Positions 39,167-49,409 are shown, numbered from the stretch's first letter. The stretch: DNA of 64,000 nt from Oscillospiraceae bacterium (GCA_022788225.1 JALEVO010000159.1:54428-118427), one strand, 5' to 3'. The notes: generated by a model not told the origin, from the letters alone. Made by a program: numbers and translations.

Positions 39167-41794
39167 ATGGCAAAGAAATATTGCTACCTTTTCTCTGAAG
39201 GTAATGCTAACATGAGAGAACTCCTTGGCGGTAAGGGTGCTAACCTGGCTGAAATGACAGGTATGGGACTTCCTGTTCCACAGGGCTTCACAATTTCAAC
39301 AGAAGCTTGTACACAGTACTACGAGGACGGCCGTCAGATCAATCCTGAAATCATGGCTGAAATCAACGAATACATCGGCAAGATGGAAGAAATCACTGGC
39401 AAGAAGTTCGGTGACCACGAAAATCCGCTGCTCGTATCTGTTCGTTCAGGTGCAAGAGCATCTATGCCTGGTATGATGGACACAATCCTTAACCTCGGTC
39501 TTAACGAAGAGGTTGTTGAGGTTATCGCTGAAAAGTCAAATAACCCAAGATGGGCTTGGGACTGCTACAGAAGATTCATTCAGATGTACTCTGACGTAGT
39601 TATGGAAGTTGGTAAGAAGTACTTTGAAGCGCTTATCGACGAAATGAAGGCTAAGAAGGGCGTTACTCAGGACGTTGACCTGACTGCTGAAGACCTTAAG
39701 GAACTCGCAGGCCAGTTCAAGGCTGAATACAAGGAAAAGATTGGTCAGGACTTCCCGTCTGATCCTAAGGAACAGCTCATGGGCGCAGTTAAGGCTGTAT
39801 TCCGTTCATGGGACAACCCAAGAGCTAACGTTTACAGACGTGACAACGATATCCCTTACTCATGGGGTACTGCTGTTAACGTACAGTCAATGGCATTCGG
39901 TAACATGGGTGACGACTGCGGTACTGGTGTTGCATTTACCCGTGACCCTGCTACAGGCGAAAAGAAGCTCATGGGCGAATTCCTGACAAACGCACAGGGC
40001 GAAGACGTTGTTGCCGGCGTTCGTACACCAATGCCAATCGCTCAGATGGCTGAAAAGTTCCCTGAAGCTTTTGAACAGTTCCAGAACGTTTGCAAGACTC
40101 TTGAAGACCACTACAGAGATATGCAGGACATGGAATTTACTGTTGAACACGGTAAACTCTTCATGCTCCAGACAAGAAACGGTAAGAGAACAGCTCAGGC
40201 TGCTCTGAAGATTGCTTGTGACCTCGTTGACGAAGGCATGAGATCAGAAGAAGAAGCAGTTGCTATGATTGACCCAAGAAACCTCGACACACTGCTCCAC
40301 CCACAGTTCGACGCTAAGGAACTCAAGGCTGCAACTCCTGCTGGCAAGGGTCTTGGCGCTTCACCTGGTGCTGCCTGCGGTAAGATCGTATTCACAGCTG
40401 ACGACGCTGTTGAATGGGCTGAAAGAGGCGAAAAGGTTGTTCTGGTTCGTCTTGAAACATCACCTGAAGATATCACAGGTATGAAGTCTGCTCAGGGTAT
40501 CCTGACAGTAAGAGGCGGTATGACATCACACGCTGCCGTTGTTGCACGTGGAATGGGTACATGCTGCGTTTCAGGCTGCGGTGACATCAAGATGGATGAA
40601 GCTAACAAGAAATTTGAACTCGCTGGCAAGACATACCATGAAGGTGACTACATCTCAATCGACGGTTCAACAGGTAACATCTACGACGGTATCATTCCTA
40701 CAGTAGACGCTACAATTGCTGGTGAATTCGGCAGAATCATGGCTTGGGCTGACAAGTACAGAGTACTTAAAGTAAGAACAAACGCTGATACTCCTGCTGA
40801 CGCTAAGAAGGCAAGAGAACTGGGTGCTGAGGGTATCGGTCTCTGCCGTACAGAGCACATGTTCTTTGAACCAGACAGAATCGGTGCATTCCGTGAAATG
40901 ATCTGTTCAGATACAGTTGAAGAGAGAGAAGCTGCTCTCGCTAAGATTGAACCAATGCAGCAGGCTGACTTTGAGGCTCTCTACGAGGCTCTTGAGGGTT
41001 GCCCTGTTACAATCAGATTCCTCGACCCACCGCTCCACGAATTCGTTCCTACAGAAGAAGCTGACATCAAGGCTCTTGCTGACGCACAGGGCAAGTCAGT
41101 TGAAGCAATCAAGAACATCATTGCTTCACTCCACGAATTCAACCCGATGATGGGTCACAGAGGATGCCGTCTTGCTGTAACATATCCTGAAATCGCAGTA
41201 ATGCAGACAAAGGCTGTTATCAAGGCTGCTATCGCAGTTTCCAAGAGACACCCTGAATGGAATATCGTTCCTGAAATCATTATTCCGCTGGTTGGCGAAA
41301 TCAAGGAGCTGAAATACGTTAAGAAGTTCGTTGTTGAAACTGCTGACGCTGTTATCAAGGAAGCAGGCGTTGACCTCAAGTACGAGGTTGGTACAATGAT
41401 CGAAATCCCAAGAGCTGCTCTTACAGCTGATGAGATTGCTAAGGAAGCTGAATTCTTCTGCTTCGGTACTAACGACCTGACACAGATGACATTCGGTTTC
41501 TCAAGAGACGATGCTGGTAAGTTCCTCGGCGCTTACTACGACGCTAAGATTTACGAAAACGATCCATTCGCTAAGCTCGACCAGACAGGCGTTGGCAAGC
41601 TTATGGACATGGCTGTTAAGATGGGTAAGGAAGTTCGTCCTGAAATGCACATCGGTATCTGCGGTGAGCACGGCGGCGATCCTTCATCTGTTGAATTCTG
41701 CCACAAGCTTGGTCTGACATACGTTTCTTGCTCACCTTTCCGTGTGCCAATCGCAAGACTCGCTGCTGCTCAGGCTGCAATCGCTAACAAGTAA
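39167..41794 (+). CDS. ppdK: Pyruvate, phosphate dikinase
   Basis: LLGGKGANLAEM, SVRSGARASMPGMM, GGMTSHAAVVARG phospho-His, GLCRTEHMF, GICGEHGG. Confidence 0.98.
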   Translation: MAKKYCYLFSEGNANMRELLGGKGANLAEMTGMGLPVPQGFTISTEACTQYYEDGRQINPEIMAEINEYIGKMEEITGKKFGDHENPLLVSVRSGARASMPGMMDTILNLGLNEEVVEVIAEKSNNPRWAWDCYRRFIQMYSDVVMEVGKKYFEALIDEMKAKKGVTQDVDLTAEDLKELAGQFKAEYKEKIGQDFPSDPKEQLMGAVKAVFRSWDNPRANVYRRDNDIPYSWGTAVNVQSMAFGNMGDDCGTGVAFTRDPATGEKKLMGEFLTNAQGEDVVAGVRTPMPIAQMAEKFPEAFEQFQNVCKTLEDHYRDMQDMEFTVEHGKLFMLQTRNGKRTAQAALKIACDLVDEGMRSEEEAVAMIDPRNLDTLLHPQFDAKELKAATPAGKGLGASPGAACGKIVFTADDAVEWAERGEKVVLVRLETSPEDITGMKSAQGILTVRGGMTSHAAVVARGMGTCCVSGCGDIKMDEANKKFELAGKTYHEGDYISIDGSTGNIYDGIIPTVDATIAGEFGRIMAWADKYRVLKVRTNADTPADAKKARELGAEGIGLCRTEHMFFEPDRIGAFREMICSDTVEEREAALAKIEPMQQADFEALYEALEGCPVTIRFLDPPLHEFVPTEEADIKALADAQGKSVEAIKNIIASLHEFNPMMGHRGCRLAVTYPEIAVMQTKAVIKAAIAVSKRHPEWNIVPEIIIPLVGEIKELKYVKKFVVETADAVIKEAGVDLKYEVGTMIEIPRAALTADEIAKEAEFFCFGTNDLTQMTFGFSRDDAGKFLGAYYDAKIYENDPFAKLDQTGVGKLMDMAVKMGKEVRPEMHIGICGEHGGDPSSVEFCHKLGLTYVSCSPFRVPIARLAAAQAAIANK

Positions 41795-41840
41795 TCAGTT
41801 AAAACGGCTAATCGCTGTAAATTTTAACTTTGAAAATAAC

Positions 41841-41876
41841 AAAACAGGGCTGTGGATAATTCCGCAGCCCTGTTTT
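41841..41876 (+). terminator. Intrinsic terminator of ppdK
   Basis: AAAACAGGGCTG/CAGCCCTGTTTT. Confidence 0.8.
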
Positions 41877-41903
41877 CATATTGGAAAACAGCCGGAGCCA
41901 CAC

Positions 41904-42206
41904 TCAGTTGCGGTTCTGGCTGTTTTTTCTGAATATATCTATTGTACTCTGTAAAACGCCTATTTCTTCTTCCGAAAGATCAGTTACATCCAAAGTCTGT
42001 TTTTTCTCCTCAATGCCTAAAAGATAATCGGCTGAGACATGAAATACCTTTGCCAGCTTTATAAGTATTTCTGGCGAAGGATAGCGCAGCGACTGCTCAT
42101 AATAGCTTACAGTGGCTTTTGAAAGCCATAATCTTTCCGCTAACTGCTGCTGCGTCATTCCTGCATTCTGTCTTAACTCTTTGAGTGTTTTTCCGAAGTC
42201 AACCAT
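41904..42206 (-). CDS. XRE-family HTH regulator
   Basis: LKELRQNAGMTQQQLAERL..SKATVSYYE...PSPEILIKLAKVFHVSADYLLG. Confidence 0.9.
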   Translation of the reverse strand: MVDFGKTLKELRQNAGMTQQQLAERLWLSKATVSYYEQSLRYPSPEILIKLAKVFHVSADYLLGIEEKKQTLDVTDLSEEEIGVLQSTIDIFRKNSQNRN

Positions 42207-42280
42207 AACAATACCCTCCGTTTAAATACAGTTTACCACATAATGATATAACTATTTTTGTACTTTGTGTTAGATTACGG

Positions 42281-42309
42281 TTGACTTTATCGAAAAAAGG
42301 TGATATAAT
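42281..42309 (+). promoter_or_regulatory. sigma-A promoter, divergent from the XRE gene
   Basis: TTGACT-N17-TATAAT with TGn. Confidence 0.7.
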
Positions 42310-42359
42310 GAAAAAGTGCTGAAACACAGCCGCATAAAAAAATTGACAGGAGAGATCTT

Positions 42360-43402
42360 ATGGAAGCTCAAAGTGCAAAACGCAAATTTCACCCCACATT
42401 CTTACTTATTATTTTATATCTGGCAGCCGGTCTTATCGTTATTACCTATGGTCTGATTCAGATAGAAATGATATTTGACATTATCCCTCCGGATATTGTT
42501 TATATCGGTCAGGGAGTTATATTTTTTCTGGTTGTACTGATTTTCAGCTGTTCCCCCGCTGGTGAAGCAATATCACGCAAAAGAGCAAAATGCACTGAAA
42601 TAAGCGACCAGCAGCTCAGAGCAAAAGTTGACGCTCTTTACAATCAGGCTTTTGCAAAGGCAAAGGAACTGAATCCTAAACTCAGGGATGATATAAAAAT
42701 TTTCATAAACAATGAAAAAAGTCCCAACGCTGTTGCTGTCGGAAACAAATCCATTTGCATAACAAGCGGACTTCTTAAAAGAGCAGATAATGAAATTATT
42801 GCAGTACTTATCCACGAACTTGCCCACATATCCTATAAGGATACTCTTATTAAAGCCATTATCGGCGGCGGAGATATGGGAGTAAGATTTTTCTGTTTTT
42901 ATTCAGAATAATGATTACTGTTGTTTTTGCACCCATCGTTCTGATTCTTTGTGTGGTTACGCCATCAAAGGGAGATACAAAGGCTAAGCCTACTAATTTT
43001 ATCACTGTAAAAAGATTCGGAAACAGAATCAGCGCCACCAGCAGAATTGGTTATAAAACAGAAGATGTTTCTGATGCAGTAGGAAATACCGCTCTCAGAG
43101 GCGGTATCGGCGTTCTTCTGAAACTGATCTGCAAAGTGCGTGATATCATTGCTAATCTGCCTGCTGTGGTGTGGTCGGCTATAACAATACTTTTCGTTCA
43201 GTCTGCTCAGCGTGATATGGAATACGATGCAGACATGTTTACTTTTAACGCCGGCTCTGGTGACGGACTATGCAAATTTCTCCATTACATACAGGTAACA
43301 TACTACAATAAAAAACAGAGTTTTATGGACAAGCTTTCATCATCTCACCCTGATCCGGAATCCCGTGTCAGCAGATTACAGCAAATGGGCGCAAAGTACT
43401 GA
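42360..43402 (+). pseudogene. M48 (HtpX-like) zinc metallopeptidase split into two ORFs by a 1-nt frameshift near 42896-42900
   Basis: ORF1 has PNAVA and HELAH; ORF2 has EYDAD and SHP..ESRVSRL; adding one T restores ..FCFLFRIMITVVF.. Confidence 0.7.
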
Positions 43403-43530
43403 CCCGATTTTTATTACTCCCCGTACTGAAAAGTATGGGGAGTTTTGTGCTGTAACTCAGATTTTTTGTTGAAAACAGACAGCTTTATGCTATACTTATA
43501 AAAAATACCGCAATAATACCGGAGAAAAAT

Positions 43531-43970
43531 ATGAAATGTACATCTATAAATGGATTCCGAAAATTTTATTTTCACGATTCCATATTGCAAAAATCAGGTT
43601 TGAGAACACCAGCATGATTTTGGAAATTGACGGTGTAAAAATACCCGATGAAAACGCAGAAAAACATGAAGTTATTCTTACATTCAAGGATTTTGAAATT
43701 TCTCAGATAATGCTTCATGGTTATAAAACCTATAACTGTAACAAGCAAATCATACAAACCGATGATAAATTTCTTTCGCCAGAAAACTATCTGCAATTTA
43801 TTGATGACATGATTGATAATTTATCCATGGACATTATGGACGGCGGACTTGAAGATGACGGTTCATTTTACTTTGATTTCTTTTTTAAAAACAATGATTT
43901 TTACCATTTAGCATTCAAATCCAGTCAGTTTGCAGCTATACATAAAAATAAAAGCACCGCCCTGCAATAA
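43531..43970 (+). pseudogene. Hypothetical protein, probably frameshifted near 43580
   Basis: ATG 43531 carries the RBS (GGAG) but stops after 28 codons; one extra C after FHDS joins it to the 144-aa ORF 43536-43970. Confidence 0.45.
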
Positions 43971-44013
43971 CAGAGCGATGCTTATTAATGTATGAAGAAG
44001 AGACAATTATAAA

Positions 44014-44562
44014 TTAACCGAAATATCTCTTGAGAAGTCCTTCAAATGCACAGCCGTGACGAGCCTCGTCCTTAGCCATTTCATGTACAGTATCGTGGAT
44101 AGCATCGAGGTTGAGTTCCTTAGCTTTTGCAGCAAGCTTTTTCTTGCCCTCACAAGCGCCGTTTTCAGCCATAACTCTCATTTCAAGGTTCTTCTTTGTT
44201 GAGTCTGTTACAACTTCGCCAAGGAGTTCAGCAAACTTTGCAGCGTGTTCAGCTTCTTCGTAAGCTGCCTTTTCCCAGTAAAGGCCGATTTCAGGATAGC
44301 CTTCTCTGTGAGCAACTCTTGCCATTGCAAGGTACATACCAACTTCTGAACATTCGCCGTTGAAGTTTTCTCTTAAGCCTTCAATGATTTCCGGGTCAAC
44401 ACCCTTTGCAACGCCTACAACGTGCTGGTCAGCCCATGCCATACCTGCTGTTTCCTTAACCTCTGTGAACTTTGAAGCCGGTGCCTTACACTGCGGACAT
44501 TTTTCCGGAGCAGCCTCGCCCTCATATACATAACCACAAACTGAACAAATAAATTTCTTCAT
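44014..44562 (-). CDS. Reverse rubrerythrin / NADH peroxidase
   Basis: N-terminal CSVCGY...CPQCKA rubredoxin knuckle then ferritin-like ExxH motifs (EAEHA, EARHG). Confidence 0.9.
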   Translation of the reverse strand: MKKFICSVCGYVYEGEAAPEKCPQCKAPASKFTEVKETAGMAWADQHVVGVAKGVDPEIIEGLRENFNGECSEVGMYLAMARVAHREGYPEIGLYWEKAAYEEAEHAAKFAELLGEVVTDSTKKNLEMRVMAENGACEGKKKLAAKAKELNLDAIHDTVHEMAKDEARHGCAFEGLLKRYFG

Positions 44563-44799
44563 TTTAAAATCCTCCAAATCAATTTCAAAAATGTTATATT
44601 CAAACATCAAAAAGTTTATTCTTTCTGTGTTTACAATCTTATTATAATATATTTTTTCTGTAATGTCAACCGTTTTCAATAAATATTCACAAGCTTTTCA
44701 CACTTCTGCTGTGAAATATGCAATATCAAGCAGTAATCATTATCAGTTATTTTAAAAAATAAAGAAAGACGTTATTAGCGTCTTTCTTTAACCAAACAC

Positions 44800-45555
44800 T
44801 CATTTAGAAATGATTTCTCCCCATGCGCTGTCCTTATTAGAAGCCATACCGTACCTGCAGATACCGATAGCATCATAAAGATCAACTGCACCGTCTTCAT
44901 TAACGTTTGCAAAGAAATCCTGCTTCTTGTTGAATTTTTCCATAGACATCATTCTCTTTGTTACGAGGATAGCGTCATACAGATCAACCTTACCATCACC
45001 ATTAGCGTCGCCTCTGAGAGCAACTTCTGTAGATGTAGTATTGCCTTCTTCAACATAAACCATGTGGTTAGTAACGGATTTCGCGCTTTCAAGAACTTCG
45101 ATAGTGCTGTTATTGATAACAACATTCTCAAATTCACAAGTATCTGTACAGAAGTTTGTGATAGTCTTGATTCTAACGTCAAATTCTTCGCCTTCTTCAG
45201 CGTCTTCAGGAATCTCGAATGTTAAAGTTGAAAGAACTGTATCATCCTTGAAATATGTTCCTGTAAAGTTAACTAATGAAACAACGTTATCGATCTGGCA
45301 GCTTGAAACAACGCCTTCAATCTTTTTCAGCTCGAGGTCGCTGTCGAAAGCAACGTCAATATTGTAACCTGCGCAGAGGTTACCTGTGTTAACCATAAGG
45401 TCAACTGTAACGTACTTGCCAGCAACTGATGTAGCATCAGTTAATGTGATGGAAGCTGTACCTGACTGTGCGGATAATCTCATTGTGCTGCATGAAACAG
45501 CCATAACTGCTGTTGCGAATAATGCAGACAGTCTTCTTAATGTAGTTTTTTTCAT
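44800..45555 (-). CDS. Secreted single-cohesin + dockerin protein (adaptor-scaffoldin-like)
   Basis: Signal peptide; cohesin-like beta pattern (GKYVTVDL..AGYNIDVAFD..L..LTFEIPEDA); dockerin GDANGDGKVDLYDAI...ANVNEDGAVDLYDAI. Confidence 0.7.
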   Translation of the reverse strand: MKKTTLRRLSALFATAVMAVSCSTMRLSAQSGTASITLTDATSVAGKYVTVDLMVNTGNLCAGYNIDVAFDSDLELKKIEGVVSSCQIDNVVSLVNFTGTYFKDDTVLSTLTFEIPEDAEEGEEFDVRIKTITNFCTDTCEFENVVINNSTIEVLESAKSVTNHMVYVEEGNTTSTEVALRGDANGDGKVDLYDAILVTKRMMSMEKFNKKQDFFANVNEDGAVDLYDAIGICRYGMASNKDSAWGEIISK

Positions 45556-45941
45556 AATTAGCCCTTCTTTCAAAATTTAAGGGCAATCTCATTGTTTGGG
45601 ACGTATGATTTCTGAATCGGACACTTTTATTGTTCAAAACAGACATCATAACCTTTGTGCAACTGGCAATCATACCGTTTCTGATGAAAAAACGGGTTAG
45701 ACCCTTAGCTTTGCGTCCTTACTTTTCAATAAGTTTGCCAAAATTGTGTTTTTAAAACTGGTTTATATTCGTATGGTTTGCTTTAGCAACTTTAAGCATT
45801 AATGCCTTTGCTATGGTTATAGTATACCACCATTTTCCTGCAATGTCAACTGTTTATGGCGTTTTCTCCATTTTGTTATATTTACAGCGGAACGAATTGT
45901 ATACATTGCCTAAATCGTTTAAATATCCTGTAACCTTTTAG

Positions 45942-46433
45942 TTACTTTTGTTTTCTGATTGCAAGAATCGGATACCCTTCTATATATTTTTTTGTTACAC
46001 CAGGATTCTTTTCAGCGTACTCAAACACCGTAGTTTCAAGCTTTTCTTTTACAAATTCCGACAGCTGTGAAAGGGGTCGGCTGTAAATTTCCGGACAAAC
46101 CGGTGAAACAGTTATCATACGAAAACGTTTATCCTCCGTTTCCATGACTCTGAACGGCCAGATACGACAGTCAAAGGGCTTGTCCTCCCCCAGAATACAG
46201 CCTTTTTCATGGTCAAGAGCCGGGCAGTAAAACAGTTCGCCGTCGGAAAGTTCTCCGGCGTAAGTTACATAACCGACACCGCAGGGTTGAAAAATTGTAT
46301 CCGGTCTGAGTTCTTTCAGTTTTCGGGCTGTTTTCCCGTTCATTACCGGCATTTCCCACAAATCAGTATTGTCAAAGCCGCAGCATATTTTACAGGCGGC
46401 ACAGGTTTTATTGTCAAGCAGTCCTTTTAACAT
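45942..46433 (-). CDS. YkgJ-like cysteine-cluster protein
   Basis: CAACKICC, CPAL....GCILGEDKPFDCRIWPF. Confidence 0.8.
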   Translation of the reverse strand: MLKGLLDNKTCAACKICCGFDNTDLWEMPVMNGKTARKLKELRPDTIFQPCGVGYVTYAGELSDGELFYCPALDHEKGCILGEDKPFDCRIWPFRVMETEDKRFRMITVSPVCPEIYSRPLSQLSEFVKEKLETTVFEYAEKNPGVTKKYIEGYPILAIRKQK

Positions 46434-46446
46434 AGTAATCTCCTTA

Positions 46447-48366
46447 TTATTGTTCCGAAACGATTCTGCTCAGTGCGTCAAGATCCTTCTGGTCGTAAAG
46501 ACCGTCACCGTTTATATCGGCAAGGTAAACTCTGTCTGACGGGAATTCCTCCCTGCCCTCGTTGATAAATCTGTTAAGCAGGACAAGGTCAAAAATGTCC
46601 CTCACTCCATCGTCATTTACGTCGCCGGGAAGTTCGTACATATCAGGTTCGCTGACGGTAACGTCAAAACTCTGGCGGAATCCGTTATATGCAATAGTTA
46701 TTGTCTGAACGCCCTCAATCTGCGGATTATAGCCGTCAAAGGAATATGCGGTAATCTGATTTTTGCTGCCGTTGTCAAAATAAGCGTACACTATCATACC
46801 TGTCAGGTCAAGCTGCTGTCCCAGTACATATTCGGTCTTGTCGGGAAGTCTTGTTATGGCAAGTTTTGTCATCTGCTTTTCAGTCACTTCAACAACAAAA
46901 TACGCCTTAAAGTCCTTATATTCCACCTGAATCGTTTTAGTTCCGGCTGTTGAATCCAGTTCCCCCACTGCATAATCGATTATTTCCTCACGGCTGTCGT
47001 TGTCATAGACTGCCTCAACTACCATGCCTGTGGTGTCAAGTTCCTCCCCCTGCTTGTAGACAGTCTTGGTGGGGGGAGTTGTTATCTCGATTTTTTTCAG
47101 CTGTTTCTTTGAAACTGTGACCTTGAATTTCGCCGTCTTCTCCATGTATGTTATCACTACCTCATGCTCTCCGGCAGTAGGTTCATAACCGTCAACGGTG
47201 AAATCTGTTACTGTTTTTTCAGTACCGTCACTGTATTTTGCCACAACTTCAATTCCCTCAAGGGACAGCATATCCCCCTCGTTATACTTTTTCTTTTCAG
47301 GCTCGGACTTAAGATATATTCCGGTCAGCACAGCCGCCTCAAATTCCTGATCGCTGACTCTTTCCGCATAGGTAAGAGCGACCCAGCCGTCCTTGTTATT
47401 GTACCTGGTCTTGCCCCAGATATGCTCGTCCGCTTCTACTGTGTTTGTAACGCTGAATTCAGTTTTGTAGTCAAGAACGTCAAGGGATTTGTAGCCAAGA
47501 CCCGGTCCCTCACGGAGATTTACGCCGTTTTCAGAGGTTATGCGCCATTTTTCCGACTTTCCGGTATTTTCACTGCCGCCCTCATAGTCGATAGGACCGC
47601 CCACCATGTATTTTGAAAAGTCAAGTACGCACCACTGCTCTTTTCCGTCGGCATAGGTCTTGCCCCACAGACTTCCGTCACACATTTTCTTTTCGGTTAC
47701 CTCATATATGGTGTTATACATCAGAAAGCCCGATTTTTCGGCAGAAGTACCGGCGTCCTCTCTCAGATTGATACCGCTTTCCGTGTTGACTCTCCAGATT
47801 TCAGAATCACTGTCTGTTCTGTCCGAAAGAAAAAGCTTTGTTTCCTCCTCACGGCGGTTTACAAGTCCCTGAAGAACACTTCCTCCGGCTTTTCTCCATT
47901 CACCGAAGCCCTTTGCGATTTCAAGAAAGCTATGCTTTTCCGAGCCGTCGATAAGATAATTTTTCAAATCAAAATCATCATAAGCACTCCAGATATTGCC
48001 CATATTGTAGGAAAGTGACACAAGGGCGTCAAACTGGTTCTGCTTCAGTTCAATGTCATACTTATCGGCAAACTTGTTGACATATCCCTCGTATGTACCG
48101 AGTGCGTCTTTCAGCAGCTGTTCGGCTTCCTCCTCCGTAATACCGTCGGGGTATTCGTCAGCGCCGACGCCTGTTCCGTAGCCTATAGTCCACTGGCTGT
48201 AATCCCAGTATTTATACTGGCTGAACCCCTCAGCCTCTTTGATAAGGTCAATGCAGTCCTGACCAGCTTTCATGGCGTTGCCCGCCTTAACACAGAAAAG
48301 AGGCATCAGCATTGCCGCTGAAAGCAGCAAGGACATTGCTCTGATACAAATTTTTCTTGCTTTCAT
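46447..48366 (-). CDS. Secreted GH24 muramidase-SH3b-SH3b-Ig-like x3-dockerin
   Basis: LIKEAEGF..Y.D...WTIGYG, QNQFDALVSLSYNMG, LQGLVNRR; two INLRE..G SH3 repeats; three P.K..Y..G..LD..G Ig repeats; dockerin GDVNDDGVRDIFDL. Confidence 0.88.
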   Translation of the reverse strand: MKARKICIRAMSLLLSAAMLMPLFCVKAGNAMKAGQDCIDLIKEAEGFSQYKYWDYSQWTIGYGTGVGADEYPDGITEEEAEQLLKDALGTYEGYVNKFADKYDIELKQNQFDALVSLSYNMGNIWSAYDDFDLKNYLIDGSEKHSFLEIAKGFGEWRKAGGSVLQGLVNRREEETKLFLSDRTDSDSEIWRVNTESGINLREDAGTSAEKSGFLMYNTIYEVTEKKMCDGSLWGKTYADGKEQWCVLDFSKYMVGGPIDYEGGSENTGKSEKWRITSENGVNLREGPGLGYKSLDVLDYKTEFSVTNTVEADEHIWGKTRYNNKDGWVALTYAERVSDQEFEAAVLTGIYLKSEPEKKKYNEGDMLSLEGIEVVAKYSDGTEKTVTDFTVDGYEPTAGEHEVVITYMEKTAKFKVTVSKKQLKKIEITTPPTKTVYKQGEELDTTGMVVEAVYDNDSREEIIDYAVGELDSTAGTKTIQVEYKDFKAYFVVEVTEKQMTKLAITRLPDKTEYVLGQQLDLTGMIVYAYFDNGSKNQITAYSFDGYNPQIEGVQTITIAYNGFRQSFDVTVSEPDMYELPGDVNDDGVRDIFDLVLLNRFINEGREEFPSDRVYLADINGDGLYDQKDLDALSRIVSEQ

Positions 48367-49056
48367 TTATAGCTCCTTTATAATCATGCAGACATAGTTC
48401 ATGATAAGTCCGCTGTCATCTGTGTTAACAATCTTGTCCCCCGAAACCTCCGCATTTGCCTGACGGGTATAGGAAAAATTATATTTCTCAGGATTAAGCA
48501 GGTACATATTCAGCGAAACAACGTCCGAAACGCTGACATCACCGTCGTCGTTGACATCTCCCCTGTTTATTTCCCCGGCAATTTTCAGAGTGCCGTCTTC
48601 CATTTCAAATTCCGCCTCGCTAAGGTCGTCAGCGATTATCGAATATCCTATAGTCACCGGAGTATCCGTTTCCGCAGTACCGTAAGCCGGTCTGAATTTC
48701 AGGACAGCGGCTGTTCCGTCAGCGATCTGGTTTCTGCTGTCAGACCATACAAGTCTTACTGCATTGTCCGAGTAATCACCGTTGCAGTAAAATGTCCCGC
48801 CGTCAAGTGCGTCACCCTGTTCGGCGTCCATAAAATACAGGACACGGGGGTCGTAATTCACCTCAATGGAATAAGCGGATATTCCTGTGTTGTTTCTGAT
48901 ATTCAGTTCAATTTCTGTTGTTTCACACTCTGCGCCGTAGCCGGCATTTATATATATAGCCGGAGCGTCCTGTGCGGAGACATTTATCGGTGATACCGAG
49001 CCAAGCATTACCGCTGCGGCGGCAAGTACGGCAGTTTTACGTTTCAATCTCATCAT
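48367..49056 (-). CDS. Secreted single-cohesin + dockerin protein (adaptor-scaffoldin-like)
   Basis: Signal peptide; cohesin-like (IRNNTGISAYSIEVNYDPRVL...VRLVW...AVLKF); dockerin GDVNDDGDVSVSDVV; stop abuts next ATG. Confidence 0.78.
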   Translation of the reverse strand: MMRLKRKTAVLAAAAVMLGSVSPINVSAQDAPAIYINAGYGAECETTEIELNIRNNTGISAYSIEVNYDPRVLYFMDAEQGDALDGGTFYCNGDYSDNAVRLVWSDSRNQIADGTAAVLKFRPAYGTAETDTPVTIGYSIIADDLSEAEFEMEDGTLKIAGEINRGDVNDDGDVSVSDVVSLNMYLLNPEKYNFSYTRQANAEVSGDKIVNTDDSGLIMNYVCMIIKEL

Positions 49057-49073
49057 CTCCCGTTAAGGCAATA

Positions 49074-49230
49074 CCGCATAATTATTGTCGTACAGATGCG
49101 CAGTCAGATTTTTCGTTAGATTGCATAAAAATCTCGCAGGCATACTGGCGTATGTCAAGAGAATTTTGCGTAATATAACGGAAAATATGCAAGCAGATGT
49201 GCGGCAAAAGCGATAGCTGTTAATTGTGCG
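49074..49230 (+). repeat. ~155 bp palindromic repeat, copy B
   Basis: CCGCATAATTATTGTCG...GCAGGCATACTGGCGTATGTCAAG...TAATTGTGCGG. Confidence 0.75.
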
Positions 49231-49268
49231 GTGTTGCCTTAAATATTTTCGTATAGTTCTTCATTTTA

Positions 49269-49297
49269 ATTTTATCATAAAACTGCCCATTTGTAAA
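49269..49297 (-). promoter_or_regulatory. sigma-A promoter of the cohesin-muramidase operon
   Basis: TTTACA-N17-TAAAAT with TGn on the minus strand. Confidence 0.5.
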
Positions 49298-49409
49298 CAG
49301 AAAAGTTTGTCCAAAGCAAAAGAAAGGTACGATCAGAGCAGCCACTGATGTGTCCGGCAGCTATAAGCGTACTTTTTGTTTTTCTTCCTCTGTTTTGATT
49401 CGCACCAGC

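Noticed and set aside
41851-41859. Perfect DnaA box TGTGGATAA
   Set aside because: Single copy inside the ppdK terminator stem-loop; plausibly chance
45942-46433. YkgJ-like protein as immunity factor for the muramidase
   Set aside because: No signal peptide; a cytoplasmic Cys-cluster protein is unlikely to inhibit an extracellular enzyme, and only adjacency supports it
46447-48366. Prophage lysis cassette
   Set aside because: The GH24 has a signal peptide and dockerin; no holin, structural or integrase genes nearby
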